Shown here: piece by piece, positions 53,007-64,000 of the stretch
Position numbering within the stretch: position 1 is the stretch's first letter
How the letters are laid out: every line of letters starts with the position of its first letter
Source: an uncultured candidate division Zixibacteria bacterium
GTDB taxonomy: Bacteria; Zixibacteria; MSB-5A5; GN15; FEB-12
DNA length: 64,000 bases
NCBI GenBank assembly: GCA_963806185.1
Contig: CAWDXE010000007.1
Location: 978,059-1,042,058, forward strand
Direction: 5' to 3'
Notes under the pieces: model-generated
Told to the model about the DNA's origin: nothing
Database searches by the model: none
What the model saw: only the letters and a program-made list of their open reading frames with translations
Made by a program: the position numbers and the translations under genes

Positions 53007-53018
53007 GATATAAAAAAG

Positions 53019-53153
53019 CAGTTCTTTATTCAATTTGGGTACGATTATTATATGTACATTGGGGCGAGTGAAGACTGTGCGAAAGCTAAAGAGGTTGTTA
53101 AGGAAACTGGATTATTTATTGAGGACTTCAAATCTCCTTATCTATCGAATTAA
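53019..53153 (+). pseudogene. Start-less 44-codon gene remnant
   Basis: QFFIQFGYDYYMYIGASEDCAKAKEVVKETGLFIEDFKSPYLSN* looks like a protein C-terminus; the only in-frame Met is internal and has no RBS. Confidence 0.5.
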
Positions 53154-53172
53154 TAAGTAGTGGAGGGTATTA

Positions 53173-53607
53173 ATGGAGAAAACGCAAGTGATGGTGTATT
53201 TTAGTATGTTTGCAGATGAATTTCCATTAGATGCTGTAACAAAACAATTGGGTATCGAACCAACGGAAAGTTATAAAAAAGGTGACATCATAAAGAAAAT
53301 ATCTCCTACAGAAAATCATGTAAGAAGTTATACTCGTTGGAAGCTAAGTACAGGTTATCAAGAATCATTGGATGTAGGCGGGCAAATGGATATGATTATC
53401 GATCAAATTGGCGACAAATCAGCGGTTATTAATGACCTAAAAAGGCAATTTGGATTAGATTGCAGGTTTACCATTGTCATTATAATGAACAATGGCTATA
53501 CACCTGGCTTATATTTAGATCAATCCATAATCGCATTTGCCAATAGCATCAATGCTGATTTTGATATTGATTTGTACGCAAACTCTTATGATGAAGTAGC
53601 CGAATAA
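53173..53607 (+). CDS. DUF4279-family protein
   Basis: VYF...VT..LGIEPT...KGD...W.LST...DFDIDLY pattern; GGAGG RBS. Confidence 0.8.
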   Translation: MEKTQVMVYFSMFADEFPLDAVTKQLGIEPTESYKKGDIIKKISPTENHVRSYTRWKLSTGYQESLDVGGQMDMIIDQIGDKSAVINDLKRQFGLDCRFTIVIIMNNGYTPGLYLDQSIIAFANSINADFDIDLYANSYDEVAE

Positions 53608-53636
53608 GTGAGGAAAGGACAAATTTAGGTAATCTT

Positions 53637-54210
53637 ATGGAAATATCATTAATTAGACATGGAAAATCGAAGCATATAGAAAACAATATAGTAACTTGTA
53701 AAGAATTCGTTAAATGGGTAGAAAAGTATGACAATAGTGGGGTTTTTGAAGAAAAGGATTATCCGTCTGAAACGCTGAAAAAAATAGCAACAGCAAGCAT
53801 CGTTATCACAAGTGATTTGACAAGATCTGTTGAGTCAGCAAATCTAATCATTCAAAACAGGAATACAAGAGTGGTTACGGATGCATTATTCCGAGAAACA
53901 GAATTACCTGTTCCTTCGAGGAATTTGAAGTTCAAAATGAGTGCTAATAGTTGGGCAGTGATCTTACGATGTCTATGGTTTTGCGGTTATGCAAGACAAA
54001 ATGAGTCTTTGGCGAAAGCGAAACAGCGGGCTAAAAAGGCATCCGAACGTATTAGTTAAGTATGCAGAGGAGCATGAGTCGGTTGTTTTGGTTGGTCATG
54101 GATTTTTTAATAGGTTAATTGCTGTAGAACTAAAGAAAATGGGCTGGAAAGGTAAAAGAAAGGCAACTGCTAAACACTGGCATTGTACGACCTATTCGTT
54201 ATTTAGCTAA
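53637..54210 (+). CDS. Histidine phosphatase family protein; frameshift near 54050
   Basis: LIRHG, SDL.R..ESA and FRE in one frame; VLVGHGFFN in the next. Confidence 0.82.
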
Positions 54211-54313
54211 CATGGAAAGAATATAAGCATATTGGTTTTAAAAATAGTGATACTTTGGGTTTTATGATTTATGTGAATGCGTAATTCAAGATGGGGGAAA
54301 TAAAGTTGAGAAA

Positions 54314-54779
54314 ATGATTAAGTTTTTGTTCTTTTCACTATTAGTATTGCTTTTATTAAGTGGATGTAATTCAAATGAAAAATACCAATAACGATATTTT
54401 TCAATTCATAGATTGTTTGTAGGTGATAATAGTGCAGTAGGAAACATTATGAATCATCTACCAGGAGCGGAGCAATTAAACGGTTTTGAACTTAAAACCA
54501 ATGAAGAACCGTATGGAATCATTTTAAATTATGACTGGATAGAATCAGAGCAAGAATATAAGGATACAGTGGCATACAATGTAACATTTTATTTACTTTA
54601 TAAAAAATGTTGATTGGATAACATTAATTCAATATTGGTGAATATACAATTTCAAGAATTCTACATGAGTGGTATGGAAAAGAATTAAGTGGAACTCAAA
54701 ACGAAGATGAACTAAGAGACTTATACAAGAATATTTAGAAGACGAAAACAAAGTTAATCAGTTATTAAATGAATCATAA
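54314..54779 (+). pseudogene. DUF4825-like lipoprotein disrupted by several frameshifts (possibly sequencing error)
   Basis: LLSGC lipobox, FVGDNSAVGNI...LP and FELKT.EEPYG..LNY motifs spread across frames. Confidence 0.65.
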
Positions 54780-54883
54780 GTGGGTGCTAGAATAGAGAAA
54801 AGAGATTCAAGAAAAAAGAGTACAACAATTTTGCTTCTTTTCTCTTGTTTTTCTTCTCTCCACTTCTTTCTCGTGTCTTTCTC

Positions 54884-55868
54884 TCAACGTTCAATGTTAA
54901 AAGGGAATACAATGCTTCCAAGAAAGATTGGTTGCTTACCATTGATATCATAGTCTCGGAGACTTGCTCTTATAATTTGGTTATTTTCATAGGTATTAAA
55001 GTAATATTCACATGTGTTTGTATTGATAAAAGCAATATATTTTGTATAATCAATCGGTTCCTCTGTTCGTTAGGACGATACCTTTAGGAATAAATACACT
55101 ATTCATAATATGAAAGCAGGTCATAATAGCGTCAGAGCGGTTTTCGGGAACCTCCACATGTGTTTTTAGAAATGCTGTGCGAACGAAACGCTCAGGGGAT
55201 GTGAAGCCTCCAGGGAGTTGTATGGTTCCTGTACCCTGGCCGAAAGGAGTTAATGATACATTTCCCCATTTCACTTCCTTTTGTTGAGTTGTGGAAACAT
55301 CCATATAATTTCTCAGATTGGTCATATGCCAGTTAAAATCAGGACTATTTGCCATAACTCCTATAGGGTTATTAATAATCTCAAGACCGTTTTTCGTTTG
55401 TTCAATCACAACACATTTGCCATTTCTATCGGTTGCCATCCAATGTAACGGAGCAGCTTTTTGTGTAACAGGATCCGCTATACCTACAATACTGATGTTT
55501 TCTAATAAAGCCTTTAAATCATCCACGGAGCCGCAACGTCCCAAGATATAATGGAGAAAATCTAAAGAAGCAATCTGTTCTTTATCCTCTATTGGTAAAT
55601 CATAATTTGCATAACCCTCAAAATATAAGACTGCCGCGGCAAATCCTTGTTCATTTACACCATCGAAAAAACCTAACATACCATCTGTTTCTTGACCAAT
55701 ACTGATAAAGCTATAGTGATTAATATTTTTTTTCATTGTTATAAGGCTATACCATTCATAATTTCTCGGTATTACATAAAGTCCAGGTTCAATCGGATAG
55801 GAAAAATCCATCGTTCTTCCAAAGAAGTTTTCCCCTTGGTTTGAGTGTAATGTAATAGCGGTACACAT
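54884..55868 (-). CDS. Choloylglycine hydrolase / penicillin V acylase (Ntn hydrolase); frameshift near 55052
   Basis: N-terminal MCT, GRTMDF, DGVNEQG, NSP and LPG.FTSPERFVR. The shifted frame continues DYTKY... to a TGA at 54884. Confidence 0.9.
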
Positions 55869-56315
55869 ACCGTAAAACCTCCAATACTATAATTGTCATC
55901 TTCATACTTTATGTTTTGAAGGTAAATAAGATGCTTTCCACTCAAACACTACTCTTACTATTTCAGAATTTCTTTCAATCTATCATTTTCCTGCTAAAAT
56001 TATCAAAATACGAAACGCAAGATACCTCGTTTATTTTTCGAAAATACAACTTAGGTCCTAGTCGATAGTTAGGCTCTAGTTGGTTAAACTTTTACATTTC
56101 ATTTTGTATGATTAACTTAAGATTTTAACTAAAACTTGTGCATGTTCCCTGTGTAGGAAAGATTAATGCAAGGATTGAATCTAATTTTTGCTCAGAAGTT
56201 AAATATATTTTGAAAAATTTAAGAATTTCTTAAGGAAAGGATTAACCTCTTCTTAAGTTTTTCAAAGTATATTGATATTTGAATAGTTTCTTTGAGCGTT
56301 TGAAAAGGAGAATGG

Positions 56316-56897
56316 ATGATGATAGAAAAGAAGATATATATTTTATTGACAGATACGGGTACATTATTTACAAAATTAATAAAGTTATATACAAAAAAAC
56401 CATATAATCATGCATCCATATCCTTTGATTCCGAATTATCAGAGGTATATAGCTTTGGTAGGAAAACAGCTCGAAACCCATTTATTGGCGGGTTTGTAAA
56501 AGAAGATGTGGACAAAGGTTTGTTTAAAGAAGCCAATTGTGCAGTCTATGCACTTACAGTAAATGAAGTTCAATTGCAAAAGATGAATTGCTATATAAAA
56601 GAAATAGAAGCACAAAAAGGAGAATATCGCTATAATTTATTGGGGCTATTGGGATTTCTACTTAATAAGCCCATTAAAAGAAAAAAGGCATTTTTCTGCT
56701 CTCAGTTTGTAGCAACCGTTTTAAAAGAATGTAACATCATTGATTTTGGAAAATCACCATCACTTGTAGCACCTAATGACTTGCAGAAGGTATCTAAATG
56801 TCAATTGGTGTATGAAGGAGAGCTAAAGACTTATCAGAATAAAGGTATAGGTGAAAACGTACATGTTTCTTTCCATTTTATACCTGCTGAAATGTAA
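56316..56897 (+). CDS. Hypothetical protein, permuted papain-like (His before Cys) candidate
   Basis: YNHASISFD...Y.YN...FFCSQFV...P.DL pattern. Confidence 0.7.
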   Translation: MMIEKKIYILLTDTGTLFTKLIKLYTKKPYNHASISFDSELSEVYSFGRKTARNPFIGGFVKEDVDKGLFKEANCAVYALTVNEVQLQKMNCYIKEIEAQKGEYRYNLLGLLGFLLNKPIKRKKAFFCSQFVATVLKECNIIDFGKSPSLVAPNDLQKVSKCQLVYEGELKTYQNKGIGENVHVSFHFIPAEM

Positions 56898-56994
56898 TAC
56901 ACGTAAAAGGGTGTACAAAAACGACCGGTGGAAAATGTTGAAGAACTTCTTTATTGTTTTTTTTTGAATAGGTTTTTGCAGCGATTAAATGAAT

Positions 56995-57145
56995 TGGACA
57001 ACCAAGGACAATGTGGTTAAAATGAATGAAATAATGATATCGACTGAAGCTGACGGAGTAAGTGTAAAAATATTTCAAAGCAAAAGATTGCTAAGAACAG
57101 TCTCCTAGGGATATTATGCCTTTTAGGAGTTTTTTTGTTTTTTAA
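56995..57145 (+). promoter_or_regulatory. sigmaA promoter plus a structured 5' leader containing an intrinsic terminator (attenuator/riboswitch candidate)
   Basis: TGGACA-17 bp-TAAAAT, then CTCCTAGGG...CTTTTAGGAG-TTTTTTTG about 55 nt before the start codon. Confidence 0.6.
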
Positions 57146-57196
57146 GGCAACGAAGGAACATTTTTTTAGAGAAGAAACAGCATCAGATGAAAGGAC

Positions 57197-58132
57197 ATGA
57201 CGATGGAAAATAAACATACTACAGGTCATTTATTAGCTGTACTTACCATTTTAATTTGGGGTACAACTTTTATTTCTACTAAAATCTTATTAAATGATTT
57301 TACTCCCGTTGAGATTCTGTTTTTTCGTTTCATATTGGGGTTTGTTGCATTAATGATTGTATACCCACACCGGATGAAGGTGGTTAATAAAAAGCATGAA
57401 CTCTTATTTGCAGCTGCTGGTTTATGCGGCGTTACGTTGTATTATCTGTTGGAAAACATCGCGCTCACGTATACAATGGCTTCCAATGTAGGGGTAATCT
57501 GTGCATTAGCGCCATTTTTTACTGTGATTGTTGCTTATTTGTTTTTGAAAGAAGAACCGTTGCGGCTCAATTTCTTCTTAGGATTTGTCGTTGCCATGGT
57601 CGGTATATATCTAATTAGTTTTAGCGGTGCTTCCAATTTTCAACTAAATCCGCTAGGTGATTTATTGGCGTTTGTAGCTACCATTATTTGGGCCGTTTAT
57701 TCTGTGTTGACGAGAAAAATTAGTAGTTTCGGTTATAATACGTTCCAAACGACAAGAAAGATATTTTTCTATGGAATCTTATTCATGATCCCGACTCTGT
57801 TTCTATTCGATTTCAAACTGGGGTTGGAGCGATTTGCAAATCCTATTAACCTATTTAATCTTTTATTTTTGGGTCTGGGTGCTTCCGCTCTTTGCTTTGT
57901 AACATGGAACTTTTGCGTTAAAGTATTGGGGCCTGTAAAAACGAGCGTCTACATCTACATGATTCCAGTCATTACGGTGGTTACATCCGTTATCGTATTA
58001 CACGAAAAGATAACAGGGTTGGCTGCAATAGGAACACTTCTAACATTAGCCGGGCTGTTTCTTTCAGAGGGCAGGATCTTTTTAAAGAAACGAGCTTCAA
58101 AAGAAAAACAGGGGGATCGTTATGTTTCATAG
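57197..58132 (+). CDS. DMT/EamA-family transporter
   Basis: About ten TM segments, WG.TF..TK, LGDLL and LHEKIT; two-repeat organisation. Confidence 0.92.
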   Translation: MTMENKHTTGHLLAVLTILIWGTTFISTKILLNDFTPVEILFFRFILGFVALMIVYPHRMKVVNKKHELLFAAAGLCGVTLYYLLENIALTYTMASNVGVICALAPFFTVIVAYLFLKEEPLRLNFFLGFVVAMVGIYLISFSGASNFQLNPLGDLLAFVATIIWAVYSVLTRKISSFGYNTFQTTRKIFFYGILFMIPTLFLFDFKLGLERFANPINLFNLLFLGLGASALCFVTWNFCVKVLGPVKTSVYIYMIPVITVVTSVIVLHEKITGLAAIGTLLTLAGLFLSEGRIFLKKRASKEKQGDRYVS

Positions 58133-58180
58133 CTTTGCTACTAAAATAGCTTAATAGAATTTTGTAATTGATATAACAAT

Positions 58181-58230
58181 AAAGGAACCTACAAAAGTAA
58201 CAATTTGACATTTTTGTTGGTTCCTTTTTT
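58181..58230. terminator. Terminator between convergent genes
   Basis: AAAGGAACCTACAAAA/TTTTGTTGGTTCCTTT stem with a T-run. Confidence 0.7.
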
Positions 58231-58274
58231 ATATCCGTTCTGAAGTGCCCAAAGATGATTCTGTTGATTATTCA

Positions 58275-58348
58275 GGACTGTTTTTGTATAGTTTGTTGTT
58301 AAAATCCAAAGGCCGATTTTAACGTAGAAAGAGCTATTTTGTGCATTC
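58275..58348. repeat. Truncated copy of a Bacillaceae MITE-like repeat
   Basis: Near-identical to the first ~70 bp of 60322-60470. Confidence 0.75.
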
Positions 58349-59152
58349 AAATTGATTCTTACGATCTTTGAAAAAGTCGTAGAAATATCTTACATTTTCC
58401 AGTTCAGTCCATTTATATGTTCTCAGAAGGGGAGCGTCAAGATTATAAATCTTTGCATCTAGTGTTCCCAGCATAAAAGGAGAATGTGTTGCTATAATAA
58501 ATTGACAGTTAAAGAATCTTGCCAGTTCTTTGATTTCTTCGGCCAACTTAATTTGGTTTGTAGGTGAAAGAGATGTTTCAGGTTCATCGAGTAGGTATAA
58601 GCCATTAGGGGTAAGATACTCATCAAATATCTGCATGGATGTTTCTCCATTAGAATACTTTTCATTGGCAAACTTCATAATCTCGATTTGTTTGTACATT
58701 TGTGAAGAATGTTTCAACTCTTCTAATTGCTCCTTCGTGTATCCCAATTTAGAGTGTTGGTAAAGGTAACCTTCCTTAAGAATTGCCTCCTGCTGAATCT
58801 TTTTAATTTCATACAAAATATCTTCGCTTTTGATGTACAAACTATTTTTCGGTATTCGATCTGACTCCCCGTCACTATTATAGTCACCTAGGCTGTATGA
58901 ACAATCCGATATGTAATCTAACGGGTATAAATTATAGCCATTATTTGTAAGTCCTTCAGCCCCTGTAATATTCAGCTTGTTTGCTATTAAATTTAACAGT
59001 GTGGACTTACCGGAACCGTTGTTACCATACAAAACTGTAATGTTTTGAAAGACAAACACTTCACCAGTTATTTTTCTAAACACATTATATGGATAGGCAT
59101 TTGGATGCTTGACTGTATGAGGAGAAAGTTTAAAGCTTTTTAAATAGATCAT
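58334..59152 (-). CDS. AAA/ABC-like ATPase (COG3910-like)
   Basis: GNNGSGKST, SNGE, LLDEPETSLSP and IIATHSP motifs. Confidence 0.88.
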   Translation of the reverse strand: MIYLKSFKLSPHTVKHPNAYPYNVFRKITGEVFVFQNITVLYGNNGSGKSTLLNLIANKLNITGAEGLTNNGYNLYPLDYISDCSYSLGDYNSDGESDRIPKNSLYIKSEDILYEIKKIQQEAILKEGYLYQHSKLGYTKEQLEELKHSSQMYKQIEIMKFANEKYSNGETSMQIFDEYLTPNGLYLLDEPETSLSPTNQIKLAEEIKELARFFNCQFIIATHSPFMLGTLDAKIYNLDAPLLRTYKWTELENVRYFYDFFKDRKNQFECTK

Positions 59153-59373
59153 ATGGGTAAACCTTCCTTTGGGAAAAATGAATAGCTATAACCAATACTA
59201 TCAACATTTTATCACGTTTGCATGATGTAACTCTTTTCTCAAAAATAAAGTCCTATTTTAACAGGAAAATAATCCCTCAATGATATTGATTGAATTATGC
59301 CTTTTCTTTTGCAAGTTTTTTGTAAACCAATATACTTACAAGTAAGATTGGAATTTTTATTAAATATGGAAGG

Positions 59374-60186
59374 GTGATAAGTATGACCTTAAAGATTGCT
59401 TCAATTTGGAGATATCCTGTTAAGTCGATGATGGGAGAAGAATTAAACGCCTGTGAAATCACGGAAAATGGGTTACTAGGTGACAGAGCTTATGGAGTCA
59501 TTGACAATGAAACTGGAAAACTTGCGAATGCTAAAAATCCACAAAAATGGCCAAATATGTTTCAATATCGAGCCAATTTTATTGAACCACCGCAAAAGAC
59601 TACTGCTATTCCACCGGTAAGAATTACTACTCCAAATGGTTCTTCGATTGTTAGCACGGACGAAGAAAAAAATACATTGCTTTCAAACAGCTTTAATCGA
59701 AACGTTCATTTGGCAACTCCATCTTCAATGGATGTACAGTTTGAGGGATATATTCCAGAAGAAATCGAGGAACTTGATGACAAAGGTACGATTTTCACCA
59801 GAACTTCACCAAACGGCACGTTTTTTGATATTGACAAAGTTCATATTATTACAACTTCAACGATTAATTACTTAAGGAAATTGGCACCGGAAAGTAGAAT
59901 TGAGGCAAGGCGGTTCAGACCTAATCTTATTATCGAGGTTCCGAATACGGATGCTTTTGTAGAAAATGATTGGGTAGGTAAAACCTTAACGATTGGCAAT
60001 GTACAGCTCAAAATTTCTCAGGAAACAAAGAGATGTGTAATGACAACATTGGCTCAGGGCGATCTTCCCAAAGATCCCAATGTACTAAGAACAATTGTGA
60101 GAAATAACGCTGGAAGCTTTGGGGTTTATGCTTCTGTGGTGAAACCTGGACAGGTGAGCATCGGGGACAGAATTGAGATTGATTGA
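59374..60186 (+). CDS. MOSC-domain protein
   Basis: RYPVKSM.GE, GDRAY, RRFRPN, RCVMTT and FGVYA motifs. Confidence 0.92.
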   Translation: MISMTLKIASIWRYPVKSMMGEELNACEITENGLLGDRAYGVIDNETGKLANAKNPQKWPNMFQYRANFIEPPQKTTAIPPVRITTPNGSSIVSTDEEKNTLLSNSFNRNVHLATPSSMDVQFEGYIPEEIEELDDKGTIFTRTSPNGTFFDIDKVHIITTSTINYLRKLAPESRIEARRFRPNLIIEVPNTDAFVENDWVGKTLTIGNVQLKISQETKRCVMTTLAQGDLPKDPNVLRTIVRNNAGSFGVYASVVKPGQVSIGDRIEID

Positions 60187-60321
60187 CATACGGAACACTT
60201 CCTATTTCTTGAAAATTTCCCATAAAAAACTCTGTTGGGCTTCCCTAAACTAAAGTGGTAACCGTAGTGCATCTACTGAGATTGAACTTTACTTTTGGTA
60301 GGCACGAATCACATATTTTCT

Positions 60322-60470
60322 GGCTGTTTTCGTAAAGTTTGTTGTTAAAATCCAAAAGCCGATTTTAACGTAGTAATAGCTATTTTGCGCATTCGTATTA
60401 AGTTTGCAGCTCTTTTCTCAAATTAAGCACAACATAAAGCTTTTCAAAGCAACAAAGTTTGAAAAAGAGC
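60322..60470. repeat. Bacillaceae MITE-like repeat with imperfect terminal inverted repeats
   Basis: GCTGTTTTCGTAAAGTTTGTTG...CAACAAAGTTTGAAAAAGAGC. Confidence 0.75.
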
Positions 60471-60535
60471 TTTACCTTATGAATCTGTAGGGGACTGAGT
60501 CCTACTTTCGTACTCGATCCATGATGAACGGTTAT

Positions 60536-61024
60536 TTATTTTGAGGTATTTTCAATATTGAACTTTCTTATAATCGCAATGAAACCTCGAACAAACAAAA
60601 ATGTGATAACTAACGTTAAGTATGTAATTAACCAATTCCAATTTTTTTTGTATCTTATTAGATTAGTGTTCTTCTCTAAAATGACCTCCAAAACCGTCAT
60701 CGGTGTACTATAAATAAAAGACTGTAAGAAAATAGAATGAAGATTCGATTTTTCAGATGTTCGATTATAAAACACACATAGTATGGGGAAAAGTAAATAA
60801 TCAAATAAAATACTCGAATCAAAATACTTTGACATAAGACGGACAGGATAAGAAATTTGTTTCTTTTTTACAATGATTTGGTCAAGAAAACTGGAAATGT
60901 AACCTTTTAAAAAAAATATTAAAAACCAATCCTTTAATTTTTCTCTTTTAAAAGCAAAAGGAATTAATAAAAGTCCAACCCCTAAAATGATTCTCAATAA
61001 TTTCTTTTGCATAGAATTATACAC
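60536..61024 (-). CDS. CBO0543-family membrane protein
   Basis: YPVR, FDYLLFP and E..LEKNT.LI.Y...W pattern. Confidence 0.8.
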   Translation of the reverse strand: MYNSMQKKLLRIILGVGLLLIPFAFKREKLKDWFLIFFLKGYISSFLDQIIVKKKQISYPVRLMSKYFDSSILFDYLLFPILCVFYNRTSEKSNLHSIFLQSFIYSTPMTVLEVILEKNTNLIRYKKNWNWLITYLTLVITFLFVRGFIAIIRKFNIENTSK

Positions 61025-61262
61025 CCCTAAAATAAATACTATCTTTTGTTATCTTTTGTTTTATTGAGTTGTTTTATTCAATATTAAGTGAGTTGACGCA
61101 AAGTTCAAGATGGATTATTTGACGGTTCCTTTTTAGGAATTAGTCCAATAAACTTTTTAAATATTAATTGGGGAAATGTTGTAACTTTTATTAAGGAAGA
61201 TTATGATGAAAAATGACTGTAAAGTTATTGTTCTTATTTTTTGTTATGGGAGGTCTTTATAA

Positions 61263-61790
61263 ATGGATAATAATGATATATTAATTAGATTAAGATATGC
61301 TCTGGATATAAAAAATTCTGATATGGTAGAGATATTTAAACTCGGCGGTGTTGAATTGCAAAAAGAAGAAGTGCTTAAAATACTGAAAAAGTCAAATGAA
61401 AGTGATATTGAAGAAGTAGATGATGATCATGATACAGATGAAAATGAAGACCGTATAGAATGCGATAATAACATGTTAGAGGCATTTTTAAATGGCCTGA
61501 TTATTTTTAAACGAGGAAAACAAGATCCAAAACCAGACCAGCCTAATAGACCAGCGCAGTCTTTAAATAGTAATGAAAGTGTTAATAATATCCTGCTAAA
61601 GAGAGTGAAAATAGCGTTGGCATTAACAAGTGAGGATATGCTTGATATTTTAGCAGCAGCAGACGTCATCATAACAAAAGGAGAATTAGGCGCTGTACTA
61701 AGAAAAGAAGGACATCGGAATTATAAAGTTTGCGGTGATCGATACGCTAGGAACTTCCTAAAAGGATTAGCTTTAAAATACAGGGGATGA
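61263..61790 (+). CDS. DUF1456 (YehS-like) protein
   Basis: NNDILIRLRYAL, FLNGLI..KRG and H.NYK.CGD...RNFLKGL motifs. Confidence 0.9.
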   Translation: MDNNDILIRLRYALDIKNSDMVEIFKLGGVELQKEEVLKILKKSNESDIEEVDDDHDTDENEDRIECDNNMLEAFLNGLIIFKRGKQDPKPDQPNRPAQSLNSNESVNNILLKRVKIALALTSEDMLDILAAADVIITKGELGAVLRKEGHRNYKVCGDRYARNFLKGLALKYRG

Positions 61791-62090
61791 TAAGGTTCCA
61801 GCAAAACCAAGAATATTGATTGTGAAAGGGTTAAAATAAGGAGTAGAACTGGTTTAAATTCAAATAGGATTCTATTAAAATAGAGGCTGCTTATGAATAA
61901 ACAGCCTCTAAACAGATCCATCAAGAAACGATCGATGTTTCACGATTTCAAACAAAGTGACGTTTTATCTAAACGAGGCGAGCTTCTCTCGGGTTAACAA
62001 AAGATCCTGTATTTTAAACGAAAATAATTACCGTAACAATCAGATTTCTGACTTCTAACCCTAACCGAATCAACGGGTTCAAATAATGAC

Positions 62091-64000
62091 TTAAAATTTT
62101 TCAACATTTACAAAGGTGTCAAAAAATGCATAGTTATGAAAAACAGATGATGCTTCTCTTGAAACTTCCTGCTTTGCAGAGATAAGATCGTTAATGGAAA
62201 TATCTGAATCAGGATACCAGCCTTGATAGACCATCACAATATCCTTTGGAACTTGTTTGCTGCATACGGCTTTCATCTCAATGCAAGCTTGATCATTGTA
62301 AACCTTCACAATATCCCCGTTTGTTATTCCTATATCTGTGGCCGCTTTTGGATGGATGACCGCAAATGCTTCTTTCTCATCGGATAGGTTTAAAAAATGA
62401 AATTGAGAGTTAAAGGCATATGGATGGTGAGGAGTTATGAACCAAAAAGGATAATCTCTTGATGGCAATTCGCCCATCCTAGGTTTAAAATCTTTAGCTT
62501 TGTTAGTGTAACACTGATTCATTCTAGTATCAGAAAGATCTCCTGTCATGCGTCTTTCCTTCAAATCTGATAGGTTTCTAATCGAATAACGCTGAAGTAC
62601 CTCATGATTGAATTGGGCATTTAGATATTCCTCTTCTGAAGAATAAATAGGAAAAGTACAAAGTGATGGCAATTGCTCATTCAGCCTTTTTGCTAATTCG
62701 GTCATGATCCACCATTCACTTCTGCTTTCATAATAAGGCGATAGGGCTTTTTCATTTAACGCAATTTCTCTATGCCACCAGCTTACAATGATATCCATTT
62801 CTTCAAAATGGGTGGTTGTTGGCAGGATGAGATTGGACATTTGTGCTGTTGGTGTCATGAACTGATCCACCGTTACAACGAATGGAATATCCATTAGAAA
62901 GCGCTTCATAGCTATTGAATCGGGTTCTTGAGTTAATGGGTTTGCACATGAAACCAATAACATTTTAACAGGTTGATCCCCTACACGATTACCTATCATT
63001 TATATTCATGATTCGATTTTTCCCTACTAATTTCTCAGGTGTTTGATTATTAAAAATCATCGTGTCGTTAACTCTAGAGTAGATACCCCCACCGATTTTC
63101 CCAATATCTCCACGAATCGTAGCTAATACTTCAATGAAACGCAACGTTTGATTAAAGTTGGAATGCTTTTGCAGCCCTGTACCGATTACATAAGAAACCG
63201 TCTTAGCATCTGTAAGCCAAGTCAACAAAAGGCTTAAGGCCTCTTTGGATACATCACAATTCATTAAATAGTCTTCTTCATCTATTTCATTTATGCTATG
63301 AATCAGTTCATTGATTTCAATAGAATTCATTTCAATAAAACTCTTATCACAGGCATTTTTTTCGATCAAATGTTTTATTAATAAACTGGCAAACGCTCCA
63401 TCTGTACCGGGTCGTAATTGAATATATAAATCAGCTAACTCCGCTGTTTGTGTATAAAGCGGATCAATGACGACAATTTTTGCCCCTTTTACTTTTGCTT
63501 CTATTATATAAGGGATGAGATGAATATTGGTTGCAGCAGGATTAGCTCCCCAGATGATAATCATGGAAGCCTCTTTGATGGCAGAAGGGTCAGGCCCATT
63601 CACCGCAATCGTATCAGACTCAATAGTATTTAATCCCGAAAATAAAGATGAGGAACTAAACATTCTTGTTGTTTCACCAAGATTCGAAAAAAAGTCATCT
63701 GTTACATAATGATGCACGCCGATATTTCCAGAACCTTTAAACAAGGCTAACAGGGAGAAAGCTGTCAAATTGATGATGAATATTCAATAATTCACGAATC
63801 ATGAGTTGAAAAGCCTTTTCCCATGTAATTTGAATATATTTTCCCGATCCTTTTACTTTTTGGTAGTAAGGGTATTTTAAGCGATCCCGATGATTATTTT
63901 TTTCTGCATAAGAAAATCCCTTCGCACAAAGTTTTCCCTTTGTATAGGGATGATTGATATCACCTGCAATATGATGAATGGAATCATTTTCTATATGGGA
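62091..64000 (-). CDS. Molybdopterin oxidoreductase (YoaE/FdhF-like), 5'-truncated by the window edge; frameshifts near 63745 and 62990
   Basis: HPYTKGKLCAKG...RLKYP, WGANPAATN, VIDP, RPGTDGA, D.FMT.TA...LP and IHP..A...GI..GD.V motifs across three frames. Confidence 0.88.

Noticed and set aside
52341..64000. Low-GC horizontally acquired island in the GC-rich host
   Set aside because: It begins mid-gene, has no mobility genes, and carries Bacillaceae-type chromosomal genes and repeats; concatenation explains it better.

Overview
This window is not one continuous genome. It joins three unrelated pieces. (1) ~1-50032 is a moderately GC-rich bacterium whose Cys-rich dockerin-like C-termini suggest candidate phylum Zixibacteria (inference). 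It carries a PAAR/DcrB locus with two candidate effector-immunity modules running off the left edge, a Ser/Thr kinase, an M14 peptidase, tRNA-Thr, lexA, EF-G2, mlaEFD, a hutH-like lyase, a DEDDh-WYL fusion and SOD. It also has an imuA-imuB-dnaE2 cassette with a REP-flanked GIY-YIG gene inserted in it, and a run of small accessory genes separated by several families of palindromic repeats. (2) ~50033-52340 is a very GC-rich, Bradyrhizobium-like fragment: the 3' end of an IS110 element, a genomic repeat, a pRiA4b ORF-3 gene and a RidA gene. (3) ~52341-64000 is an AT-rich Bacillaceae-like fragment of accessory genes. Many genes carry single-base frameshifts, most simply explained as sequencing error. 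The best leads are a matching LexA-operator candidate at the lexA and imuA promoters, the PAAR effector locus, the GIY-YIG/REP element whose TAAGAA hairpin loop is shared across repeat families, an orphan sRNA candidate, and a riboswitch-like leader before an EamA transporter. Family names come from motif recognition, not database searches.
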